Below, piece after piece: positions 10,317 to 19,347 of a stretch of 63,122 nt of DNA. Under the pieces are notes generated by a model that saw only the letters and a list, made by a program, of their open reading frames with translations, had not been told where the DNA came from and made no database searches. Both the position numbers and the translations under genes were made by a program. Source of the DNA: Bacillota bacterium (lineage in GTDB: Bacteria; Bacillota; Clostridia; Acetivibrionales; DUMC01); the NCBI GenBank assembly GCA_013314855.1, contig JABUEW010000003.1, positions 1-63,122 on the forward strand. The letters are read 5' to 3'. Numbering within the stretch: position 1 is the first letter of the stretch; every line of letters starts with the position of its first letter.

Positions 10317-10380
10317 AAATCCAAACCTTTTTTAAAAAATTTGCCTAAAAACCAATGTTATTCAAAAAAGGTTTGGATTT
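10317..10380 (+). terminator. Long hairpin after the integrase fragment
   Basis: aaatccaaacctttttt ... aaaaaaggtttggattt is a perfect ~17-bp inverted repeat with a ~30-nt loop. Its right arm encodes the non-native tail of the minus-strand ORF ending at 10358. Confidence 0.5.
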
Positions 10381-11179
10381 TATTTAAGTTTGGATAACGA
10401 AGGTCGTGGATTCGTGGTCCTTTTCCTTTCCCGCCATGTGAAATACCAGCCTTCCATAAAATCTTTCTAAATGCATCATATATTTGTAACATGCCATATA
10501 TGTTGTTACGAGCATTCGGAAAGTAGAAAGCTTCAGGGTCAGAAAATTTATGGACCTTGTCTGAGTAAATACGGCATTGTTCTGTAAGGAATGGTGACAT
10601 TGGTACCAATCTATCCTTATCAAATTTTGTCCCTTGAATTGTCAATATGCCATTTTCAAGGTCAACGTCTTTCACTTTGAGATATCGGGCTTCCGATACA
10701 CGCAAACCGCAATAATATAGCATACGCATAAACAGTGGAATTACAATATGCCCTATGGGTGCTTGTGGCGAGGGTTTTAAAAGGACTGCCTGTTTGAATA
10801 TTCTTGCAATCTCATCGTCACTGAAAATATAGGGCACATAATTTGAGCCGGTTTTTTTCACCAAATCTTTCGGTGCAATATATGCCTCGTAGCCACATCT
10901 TTGCATGAAAACACCAAGTTCCCGTATAATGGTTACTCTTAACCTTTGAGTGTTTGTGCCTTCGTTTGGCCGTCTGGCTGTCCATGCCTCGACAACTTCC
11001 TTTGATAAGACATTTGTAGCATAGCCGAATTTTATACTGAACCTATCGAAATTGGCAAGCCGTTCGGCTGCACTGTTATACTGAAGCCCCATACCTCTTT
11101 TTTCTGCAATAAACTTTTCAATTGCTTCTCTTAACGGGCCTGAATAAGTATATGTTTTGATTTCAGTTGCTCTACTCAT
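10358..11179 (-). pseudogene. Tyrosine recombinase, 3'-truncated
   Basis: Has the Arg-I box (CGLRVSEA) and RIHDLR, then runs into hairpin sequence (YPNLNKIQTFFE*). The His and Tyr boxes are missing. The start ATG shares one nt with the upstream stop (TGATG). Confidence 0.75.
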
Positions 11180-12402
11180 CACAAAATACCTCCCTCGGGG
11201 CTCAACGCACATTTTCGCAAGTTTTCAATATCTACATGCAGGTATGTCTTGGTGGAATTTGTGCTTGCATGTCCCAATATGCCGGAGATGACTTCGAGTG
11301 GTATGTGCTGTGCAAGCAGCCTGCAGGCTAAAGTGTGACGAAGTGTATGAAGCCCATGGGGTCTTTCCTTATCTACTTTAATTCCGGCTAATCGCAGATA
11401 ACGCCGCATAATATTATATGGACTATGAAGTTTATCATACGGTTCAACATGTTTGACAAAAACATAAGGTGAATCTGTGACAGGCCTGCCGTATTTTAAA
11501 TAGTCGATTATTGCCAGTCCCAAATCCTGTGATAAAGGTAAACTAATTCCTTGTGATGTTTTTGATTGTATAAGTTCAATACGACTTGTCTCCCATTTAA
11601 TATTGTCAAGCCTTAAATTACTGACATCACCTCCGCGGAGCCCGAGTTGTGCTACCAATAGCAAAACCGCATAATCCCTTTTGCCGCAAGGGTTTCCACG
11701 GTCAACAGATGCTAATATTTTATCCAATTCTTCACCTGTCCAGACAGTAGGAACTCGGTCTTGGCGAGGAAAACGGAACTTGGGAACCATGACAGATAAG
11801 TCTTGCAGATGGATACCTTTTTCGTGCATAACCCTAAAAAAGCACCTCAGAGCACATAGCACTCTTCGTATTGTGGTTTTTCTATATCCCGCAAGTGATG
11901 ATACAAAGCCAGAAATATGTTGTGAGTTGATTTCTGAGGCATTTTCGATTTTTTGTGTGTGCAGGTATTCAATAAAATCAAATAGATCATTTAAATCACG
12001 TTTTATGGTTATTTCTCTGTGATTGCGACGATGTGAGTATTCAATGAAGCCATCAATCGCTATTTTAAAACCATCCGGGACTACAGGAATACGCTTTCTG
12101 TTTTTTCGCAAAACGTAACCGTGCAGCTGATAGTCACCGAGTATTCTTATTGCCCGGGCTTTGATTTCAAGTCTGTTTGGTAACCGGGTAGTATGTTCAT
12201 ATGGATAGTTATAATTCTCACTAAGAAAATCAATTCCAAGTTCTTCTGTAAAATGATTTTCGCCTTTACTTTTTGCATACATCAGAAGTTTGTCCCAAAT
12301 TGCGCGGTATGTTCTAATATACCTTTTCTTGTAATTTAGTCGTACCAATTCACCTCCTATCGCTTCGATTAATTCGGGTAGTGTCTTTCTTACCTCTTCC
12401 AT
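11179..12402 (-). CDS. Tyrosine recombinase/integrase, apparently intact
   Basis: Has LRGGDV (Arg I), HGLHTLRHTLACRLL (HxxR) and LGHASTNSTKTYLHV (His, Tyr), with a long N-terminal SAM-like/core-binding region. Confidence 0.85.
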   Translation of the reverse strand: MEEVRKTLPELIEAIGGELVRLNYKKRYIRTYRAIWDKLLMYAKSKGENHFTEELGIDFLSENYNYPYEHTTRLPNRLEIKARAIRILGDYQLHGYVLRKNRKRIPVVPDGFKIAIDGFIEYSHRRNHREITIKRDLNDLFDFIEYLHTQKIENASEINSQHISGFVSSLAGYRKTTIRRVLCALRCFFRVMHEKGIHLQDLSVMVPKFRFPRQDRVPTVWTGEELDKILASVDRGNPCGKRDYAVLLLVAQLGLRGGDVSNLRLDNIKWETSRIELIQSKTSQGISLPLSQDLGLAIIDYLKYGRPVTDSPYVFVKHVEPYDKLHSPYNIMRRYLRLAGIKVDKERPHGLHTLRHTLACRLLAQHIPLEVISGILGHASTNSTKTYLHVDIENLRKCALSPEGGIL

Positions 12403-12590
12403 ATAAATACCTCCATAATGATAAATATTTGAGTTCCATAATGGTTAAATTTAATCCCTAATAACCACTGAGTAGCTCATTTCTATTTTACACCATGGAG
12501 TATTATGTGAAGTATTTGAACTATAACTATTGATTTTATGCGGCTTTAGAGGTGCAACCTTGCATAATTACTTTCTCAACATAACCTTGA

Positions 12591-12610
12591 TTATGTGAAG
12601 CTTCACATAA
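12591..12610. other. Perfect 20-bp palindrome, candidate recombinase core site
   Basis: ttatgtgaag|cttcacataa can be read as 7-bp arms (ttatgtg/cacataa) around the 6-bp spacer aagctt. The same attatgtgaag half-site recurs at 12502-12512. Confidence 0.4.
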
Positions 12611-12794
12611 TGAAGGTATTTCGTATAAAGCAGCCAACTGGCTTTATCTAGGAGAGACCAAAGGGATTGGTCGTAACGGTGGGAAAAAAAGAATTCTTTC
12701 AAGGAAGTCAATCTTTGTATATCCATTACAGAACGACTTCAGAGCTTATCTTAAGGGGGAAAAGCCTTATAAGGTGGTGGAGCCGGATGAGTAA
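12591..12794 (+). pseudogene. Possible C-terminal remnant of a DUF4338-type protein
   Basis: YKAANWLYLGETKGIGRNGGKK...IFVYPL resembles the C-terminal CY(R/K)AANW...G.T.GRGR...YPL block that I associate with DUF4338 proteins. No start codon, and an upstream in-frame stop. Confidence 0.3.
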
Positions 12795-12879
12795 ACGTAA
12801 TTGTTTTACATAATTGAATTAAATTACTATAAAAGACAGTATTAATAGATAAAAATAAAATTTTCATGCTTCAGCTCTG
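12790..12879. repeat. Copy B (most diverged) of the AT-rich dispersed repeat
   Basis: Starts at ...gagtaaacgta and ends ...aataaaattttcatgcttcagctctg. The 3' ~45 nt are near-identical to copy A and the 5' part is more diverged. Confidence 0.55.
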
Positions 12880-13060
12880 TATCACATTCAGTACGGTTGA
12901 TTAAAAATCTTTTTTTATATTATACTAATTGAAGTTAATATTACATTTTGCTTTTAATAGTTATATATTATGCATATAAATATAGTGTTTTTTTTTTGTA
13001 AAACCTATTGTTAAACAATAAGGAATAATAAATTACACCTGTAAAGGAGAATTACCAATA

Positions 13061-13724
13061 ATGATATTTTCCAAGTCAAAAAAATTTACAAGTTAGTATG
13101 TGATTATGTGGATTTAGTTTTAAAATGCCATGAGGAGTTTGTTGCTGCTATTGAAATACTCTTTACTGATAAGCGGAAATTCAAAATTGAAACACTGGCA
13201 GCAAGAATCAGTGCATTAGAGTCAAAGGCGGATGATGAACGCCACAGTATTATTAAAACCTTGCTTGGCGGTGCATTATTGCCCGAGTCACGGGGAGAAA
13301 TACTTAAGCTCATTGAGTTGACAGATGAGGTAGCAAATAAATCAGAAGAATTAATAACGCAGATTTGCCTTGAAAATATTACATTTTATGATGAAATGAA
13401 AACCTGTATTATTGACATTAATAACAAGACAAGAGAACAGTTTTTATTACTCCGCAATATAATAAACACACTCTTTACCGGTTATGACATACTTGAAAAC
13501 TATAAAATAATACAAAAGACAGAACTGATAGAAAGTGAAGTTGACAAGCTGGAAGAAAGCTTGATTAAAGAACTGTACTCCATGGACATCAACCTGGTAG
13601 AAATGAATCAGCTAAGGAACATAATTTCAAAATATCCGATACATCCGATATTATAGAAGATGTAATCAGATACTATAGAAATTATTATGGCAACAAGAAA
13701 GGTTTAATAAATGAAACAATTTAG
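13061..13724 (+). pseudogene. DUF47/PhoU-like (YkaA-type) gene interrupted by two frameshifts
   Basis: RBS aaggag + ATG 13061 gives MIFSKSKKFTS*. The main frame (13108-13656) and a third frame (ISDTSDIIEDVIRYYRNYY..., ending 13724) are each restored by adding one A, in the A7 run 13078-13084 and the A4 run 13629-13632. Confidence 0.6.
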
Positions 13725-14596
13725 TAAAAGCTTTTGATATAAGCTTCTACATCAGATCTCTTTCCCTTAAACGGTCCGGGTGTTTCCATTTTTAACGATA
13801 CCAGTGCTGCTGCGTATATAAGTGAATCTTCCATTTCTCTATTGTTTCTTTCTGTTATATAAGCGCTAAAGCACGTGTCTCCCCTGCCTGTCCTTCCTGA
13901 TAGGTTTCTTGGTTTTAAGGGGCACTGGCAAAATCCGTCTTTATTATACGTAATAACCTCGGTGTTGTGGGTAATCATTATTTCACGGGCACCCCAGTTA
14001 AAAAGAGTTTCCGCCGCTTTCTTTCTGTCGCTGTATCCTGTTAAAACTTCTGCCTCGGCAGCATCTGCTTTCAGAAAGTCAATGTATGGCAAATAGTCTT
14101 TTTTCCCTTTCCAATCCTTGAAAACCATTTCTCCGTTTTCCGCTACTCTTAAAAAACCCTGCACATCCACTGCAACTTTTCCCTTTTTTGAAAGGTGCTT
14201 AATAAGTTCATTGTTAAAATCCCCTGCGATTAAACCCGCAAGATGGTATATTTTGGAGTTTACATCGGGAATATCTTCCACAGTAAACGGGTCGGCAATG
14301 CTTAAAGCAGTGCATTTTCTTCTTTCCTTGTCCTCTGAAAAAAATTCACTTTTAATTGATGTTGTCTTTTTTGATGGTAGATAATATATATCCTCCCGAG
14401 GAATATTAAACTCATCAAGCAGGTGTATATCCTCCCTTGCAGTTTTTGTAAGTACTCCTGTTTTGTTTCCCCCGGCAAAGGCCACGTAAGAACTGTAGAT
14501 AACAGCTCCACCAATTAACTCGGTTAATTCTCCCTTATGGGTAATGATTTTGTCAAGAGAAATATGTCCTATAATAAAAGTGTCATAATTTTTCAT
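13721..14596 (-). CDS. PfkB-family carbohydrate kinase
   Basis: Ribokinase-like fold signature: N-terminal GHISLD...GGA, and GRTGRGDTCFSAYI near the C-terminus. Confidence 0.85.
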   Translation of the reverse strand: MKNYDTFIIGHISLDKIITHKGELTELIGGAVIYSSYVAFAGGNKTGVLTKTAREDIHLLDEFNIPREDIYYLPSKKTTSIKSEFFSEDKERRKCTALSIADPFTVEDIPDVNSKIYHLAGLIAGDFNNELIKHLSKKGKVAVDVQGFLRVAENGEMVFKDWKGKKDYLPYIDFLKADAAEAEVLTGYSDRKKAAETLFNWGAREIMITHNTEVITYNKDGFCQCPLKPRNLSGRTGRGDTCFSAYITERNNREMEDSLIYAAALVSLKMETPGPFKGKRSDVEAYIKSFY

Positions 14597-14669
14597 ACTT
14601 GTATAGCCCCCTTAAACTGATTCTTCGTATATAATTAACTTATATAAAATTATAAAATTTCCGAAATCT

Positions 14670-14683
14670 TGTAAACGATTACG
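14670..14683. promoter_or_regulatory. cre-like operator in a divergent promoter region
   Basis: tgtaaacgattacg matches the recalled cre consensus at 13 of 14 positions. It lies between the divergent PfkB and dehydrogenase genes. Coordinates +/-1. Confidence 0.4.
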
Positions 14684-14820
14684 GTATAAATTATATTACA
14701 ATAAATATCAATATGTCAACTCTTTAAACGAAATGCAGCTCATTTGACGTAATTTTTAAATTATTATATAATATAACTTGTAACAATTGCTGCCTATAAT
14801 TGAAGGGAGGTATTAATTTC

Positions 14821-15588
14821 ATGCCACGTTCGCTATTCGATCTTACTGGTAAAACAGCGCTGATTACTGGTTCTAGCAGAGGTATAGGTTTTGAATTAGC
14901 TCGCGGTCTTGCAGAGGCAGGAGCAAAAATTATATTAAATAGTGCTAATAAAGATAATTTGCAAACGGCTGTGTCTAAGTTGGCAAATGAAGGCTTTGAA
15001 GTTTATGGAGCTCTTTTTGATGTTACTGATAAGCAGCAAATAGAAGAGCAATTAATATCCGTAGAAAAGCAGGCTGGCCCTATTGATATATTAATTAACA
15101 ATGCCGGCATACAAATACGCGCGCCGCTTGAAGCTTTTAATTTATCTGAATGGAAGAAGATAATTGATATAAACTTAACAGGCGTGTTCCTTGTTTCTCA
15201 GTATGTTAGCAAAGGTATGATCGCGAGAAGATCAGGGAAAATAATAAATATTTGTTCATTGCAGAGCGAGTTGGGAAGACCTACCATTGCTCCGTATGCT
15301 GCGTCCAAAGGCGGAGTAAAAATGCTTACAAAAGCCATGGCAGCAGAATGGGCAAAATATAATATTCAGGTTAATGGAATAGGTCCCGGATATTTTATTA
15401 CCGATATGACAAGAACTCTTGCCGAGGATGAAAAATTTGATTCATGGATTAAAAACAGAACTCCTGCAGGCAGATGGGGAGATGTAAAAGAATTAATAGG
15501 AGCGGCCATATTTTTTGCTTCTGATGCTTCAAGTTTTATAAATGGTCAAATACTATATATTGATGGAGGATTGTCTTCAGTGGTTTGA
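14821..15588 (+). CDS. idnO: SDR oxidoreductase, gluconate 5-dehydrogenase homologue
   Basis: Near-collinear match by eye to IdnO/Gno: LITGSSRGIG, NNAG, INICSLQSELGRPTIAPYAASKGGVKMLT, RTPAGRWGD. Start moved to ATG 14821 after the RBS gaagggagg. Confidence 0.85.
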   Translation: MPRSLFDLTGKTALITGSSRGIGFELARGLAEAGAKIILNSANKDNLQTAVSKLANEGFEVYGALFDVTDKQQIEEQLISVEKQAGPIDILINNAGIQIRAPLEAFNLSEWKKIIDINLTGVFLVSQYVSKGMIARRSGKIINICSLQSELGRPTIAPYAASKGGVKMLTKAMAAEWAKYNIQVNGIGPGYFITDMTRTLAEDEKFDSWIKNRTPAGRWGDVKELIGAAIFFASDASSFINGQILYIDGGLSSVV

Positions 15589-15700
15589 TAATATTTCAAG
15601 GGAGCAAATTAGTTGCAGCTATTTCATGAACCTGGTTGTTCATCAGGAACGACACTATATGATAACATTGGAATATCATGGTAAAGGAAGAGATTAAAAT

Positions 15701-16537
15701 ATGCCTGTTCGCCGACATGAAAGAATACAAATTGAAATTGATGATAGTATCAAGATTGACCTGTTAGGCTATTTAAAATGTGAAAAGGGATGGCAAGGAG
15801 ACGAGCATACCCATCCTTTCTGGGAATTTATTTACGTTCCTTCCGGTGAAATTTTAATGTTTGTTGAAACCGAATCCATATATGGTTTGGATAACAGGCT
15901 TTTTATAATCGAACCATTGAAAAAGCACTGGATGCAAAATAATTCAAATGTAGATAAGGAAATTCTTTATATTGGTTTTGATTTCAGCTTTATACCTTCT
16001 TCCAACCTGGATGTTAATATTGGCTCTTTTATATTGAATATGCCTGAAATAACTGTATTGATGTATGAATTGGACAGAATTTTTGATAATGCCGAATATG
16101 ATAAGAATAAGCAAGTTATGTTGAACTACGCAAGGGGCAGGATAATGAGAGCGTTATCGTTAATACTTTCAAATTTGGCTGTTTACAAATATGCTGATGA
16201 TGGCGCTAAAAATTTGGATCTAAGAAAACAGGTTATCATAGAAAAAATAAAAAGGTATTTAATGAAAAACATACACTTAAATATCAATATGAAAACATTG
16301 GCAAACGAGTTTTACCTTTCGCCCAATTATTTGGGATATTTGTTCAAGAAAGTGACAGGCATGAGTATTAAACAATACCATAATAAGATTAAAATGGAAG
16401 CTGCCATTGTCATGCTTCGCAATTCGGAACAATATATTACCGAAATAGCCCAACAGTTAGGATTTGATAATGTATCGTACTTTTCAAAAAGTTTCAAAAA
16501 TCATTTTAATATTTCACCGTCGCAGATAAGGAAATAA
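15701..16537 (+). CDS. AraC-family regulator (cupin sensor + HTH)
   Basis: N-terminal cupin-like region (HTHPFWEFIYVPSG) and C-terminal AraC HTH (LANEFYLSPNYLGYLFKK...). Confidence 0.85.
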   Translation: MPVRRHERIQIEIDDSIKIDLLGYLKCEKGWQGDEHTHPFWEFIYVPSGEILMFVETESIYGLDNRLFIIEPLKKHWMQNNSNVDKEILYIGFDFSFIPSSNLDVNIGSFILNMPEITVLMYELDRIFDNAEYDKNKQVMLNYARGRIMRALSLILSNLAVYKYADDGAKNLDLRKQVIIEKIKRYLMKNIHLNINMKTLANEFYLSPNYLGYLFKKVTGMSIKQYHNKIKMEAAIVMLRNSEQYITEIAQQLGFDNVSYFSKSFKNHFNISPSQIRK

Positions 16538-16607
16538 TCCTTGAATTTTATAAACTATTCTGTAAAAAGTTAAAGAAATGCATTCTTTTTTATTTTATAA
16601 TTATTAT
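16531..16607 (+). repeat. 77-bp perfect direct repeat, left copy
   Basis: gaaataatccttgaattttataaactattctgtaaaaagttaaagaaatgcattcttttttattttataattattat is identical to 23054-23130. It overlaps the araC-type stop codon and contains a weak hairpin + T-run (aagaa atgca ttctt ttttt). Confidence 0.85.
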
Positions 16608-16760
16608 ATTGCGAGATAAATGCGATGTAATGAATGGAGTAGTATGATAGTAATTCCTGGAATGGTAGAAAGACTTGAACTCATAGTTTGCTAACGTATT
16701 TAATTAAGAAGAATAAAAAGCAATCAGGGAATCAGTAGACTGTAATAGGAGGGATTAAAA

Positions 16761-19061
16761 TTGGAACTCAATGGTTTCAAAAAATTTTTTTTATCCTATA
16801 TAATAGTGTTGTTGATTCCGATAACCATGGGGATATTAGTATATGTCAAAACTTACAATACATTGGAAGGGGAATCTTATCGTGCCAATATGGCTGTATT
16901 GCAGCAAACCAAGTTAATTATCGATTCGTGGATGCAGGAAGTTGAACAGATGGCTAATCAAATAATTCTAAACAAACAGGTTAATAATTTTGCGCGTATT
17001 AAAGGGAATTTAACTACTGCTGATATATATAGCATGATAAGTATTATTAATAATTTATCAACTTATAAAAATATAAATACATTTATTGACGATTATTACA
17101 TCTATTTCGTTAATAGCGGGGTAATACTTACTCCAACAAGCGAGTGCGATGCCAGATTGTTTTATGATAATATTTATGCCTTTGAAGGCAAATCGTATAA
17201 AGAATGGCATCAAGTTATGTGTCTGAATTATTATTGGGGCCAGTTTTTAGATATGCACACGGTTGATTTGGCTAGCAAACGCGATTCAAACAAAATGTTA
17301 ACATATATTAAATCCATGTATATATACGGCAGTGATAAACCCGATGCCCAAATAGTCATATTGATCAATAAAAATAAAATAAAGGAACTTTTGTCCAATG
17401 TGTTTAGTAGTGGTAAAGCCTATATTATAGATAAAAATAATTATGTGGTTATGGCTTCGGATAATGAGCAAGGATATATACCCAAATATAAGGAACTAAA
17501 AAACAGCATAGAAGGTGAGCCTAAGTCGATTAAGGGAGCAGATTTTAATATAGTATATGCATCCTCCGCCAATAATAATTGGAAGTACATGATTGTAATA
17601 CCGCGTTCAGTATATATAGAAAAAATTAATTATATACGGACCCTCACTGCATTGGTTGTGGCATTCTGTATGATTGTAGGTCTGCTTATATCGTATTTTA
17701 ACGCATATAAAACTTATGTACCTATAAAGGACATATTAAACAAAATTATTGTACATTTGGGAGGCAGCATACCTAATATTGTAAAGAACGAGATAGCGTT
17801 CATACAGCAAGCTGTTGCATTTACTATTAATGAAAATAAGGAATTAAAAAACAGGCTAAAGGAATATCTGCCAACATTGAAAAACAATTTTTTGAGCAAT
17901 TTGCTTGAAGGGAAGGTATGTGGCAATTGTATCAATAAAGAAATGCTTGATCTATATGAAATAGATTTTATATCGGACAGTTTTGAAGTCATATTATTCT
18001 TTTTAATGCCTGGAATGAACTTGTGCAGGGATTGCATAAACAAACAGGATTGGAGATTGGTTAAAAACATAGAGGAGAACTTGAAAGATGAAATTACGGT
18101 TCATGAAAACAGGGGTTATATATGCAACATGGGAAACGAAGCAATAGCCTTAATAATGAATTTTCAGCCGCGAAAGAAATTTGAGCAAAAAAGAAAAGAA
18201 CTTGAAACATTAATCAACGATATTAAAATCCAAATAGAGAAATATTATCAAATATCCCCGTTGGTTTGCGTAGGAAATGTTCATGAAGGGATTGATGGAA
18301 TAAATCTGTCGTATATTGAAGCTCTTAAAGCTGCAAGGTATAAATTGGCCAAAGGTAACAATGGCATAATATTCTACGATGAAATATGCAATATGGAGGA
18401 ATTTTACTATTATCCTTTAGAAAAGGAAATGCAGCTGATAAACTATATAAAAGCCGGGGATAGCAAGGAAGCCGAAAAAGTGATAGATGCCGTGATAGAG
18501 CAAAATCTTATAAAACACCGTTTATCACTCGAATTATTGCAATGCCTGTATTTTGATATTGCAAGCACGGTTATCAAAGCGCTAAACGAGGTAAGCAAAA
18601 ACTATGAGATGATGCCCAAGCGAAATACAGGTTCATTGGATGGGATATTGGAATGCGATAGCATCAGTGAAATTAGGGAAGTTATAAAGGATATCTGTGA
18701 CAGGGTTTCTGTGTGTAAGAAACAAAATAAGCAATACGGTAGATTAAAATTGAAGCAGGATATAGCTAAGTATATAGAAGAACATTATCTTGAGCAGGAC
18801 TTAAGCCAGGTTTCCATATCAGAGAACGTTGGAATATCTCCTTCTTATCTTTCACATTTTTTCAAAAATGAGTTCGGAGAAAGTATGGTGGATTATATTA
18901 ACAGGATGAGAATAAACAGGGCAAAACAAATTCTTTTGGAAGATAAAAGCATTTCTTTGGAACATATAGCATCTCTCGTAGGATTCAATAGTGACAAGGC
19001 ATTGATACGTATATTTAAGAAATATGAAGGTATAACTCCCGGAGTCTATAGGGAGCTGTAA
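16761..19061 (+). CDS. Membrane-anchored one-component regulator: extracellular sensor + AraC HTH
   Basis: N-terminal TM, a ~270-aa extracellular region ending NNNWKYMIVIP, a second TM, a long cytoplasmic linker and a C-terminal AraC HTH (ISENVGISPSYLSHFFK). Confidence 0.8.
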   Translation: MELNGFKKFFLSYIIVLLIPITMGILVYVKTYNTLEGESYRANMAVLQQTKLIIDSWMQEVEQMANQIILNKQVNNFARIKGNLTTADIYSMISIINNLSTYKNINTFIDDYYIYFVNSGVILTPTSECDARLFYDNIYAFEGKSYKEWHQVMCLNYYWGQFLDMHTVDLASKRDSNKMLTYIKSMYIYGSDKPDAQIVILINKNKIKELLSNVFSSGKAYIIDKNNYVVMASDNEQGYIPKYKELKNSIEGEPKSIKGADFNIVYASSANNNWKYMIVIPRSVYIEKINYIRTLTALVVAFCMIVGLLISYFNAYKTYVPIKDILNKIIVHLGGSIPNIVKNEIAFIQQAVAFTINENKELKNRLKEYLPTLKNNFLSNLLEGKVCGNCINKEMLDLYEIDFISDSFEVILFFLMPGMNLCRDCINKQDWRLVKNIEENLKDEITVHENRGYICNMGNEAIALIMNFQPRKKFEQKRKELETLINDIKIQIEKYYQISPLVCVGNVHEGIDGINLSYIEALKAARYKLAKGNNGIIFYDEICNMEEFYYYPLEKEMQLINYIKAGDSKEAEKVIDAVIEQNLIKHRLSLELLQCLYFDIASTVIKALNEVSKNYEMMPKRNTGSLDGILECDSISEIREVIKDICDRVSVCKKQNKQYGRLKLKQDIAKYIEEHYLEQDLSQVSISENVGISPSYLSHFFKNEFGESMVDYINRMRINRAKQILLEDKSISLEHIASLVGFNSDKALIRIFKKYEGITPGVYREL

Positions 19062-19138
19062 TAATTTTGCAAATAATTGTAGTGGTTTTTTATTGGATTT
19101 TTCATATAATTTTAACACTACTTTCCGGAATACTTTAT

Positions 19139-19167
19139 AGTGAATTCATTGCGCCAAGGAATTCACT
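19139..19167. promoter_or_regulatory. Inverted repeat between the regulator and SBP genes
   Basis: agtgaattc / gaattcact is a perfect 9-bp inverted repeat with an 11-nt loop and no T-run. It could be an operator or an RNA stem. Confidence 0.3.
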
Positions 19168-19347
19168 GTTAAAACAAAAAATTAAACCTGATTCAAAAAA
19201 TGAGTATTTGTTCCTTAAAATTTGTGTGTTCAGAACGGAAATTGTTCATTTACGGCTAAATATAATTCTTTTATAATTTGAAATAAGCAAGTTTAAAGCT
19301 CTCTGACTTTTCGAGAGCATACATGATCAAAAGGAGGATATTATTTT

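Noticed and set aside
10046-10324. Minus-strand 92-aa ORF, and the N-terminal extension of ORF 9478-10164.
   Set aside because: Both read antisense through the plus-strand integrase C-terminal fragment. The transposase homology stops at ~10045.
19067-19276. 69-aa ORF between the regulator and SBP genes.
   Set aside because: Hydrophobic AT-rich reading with no RBS. It sits in an intergenic promoter region.
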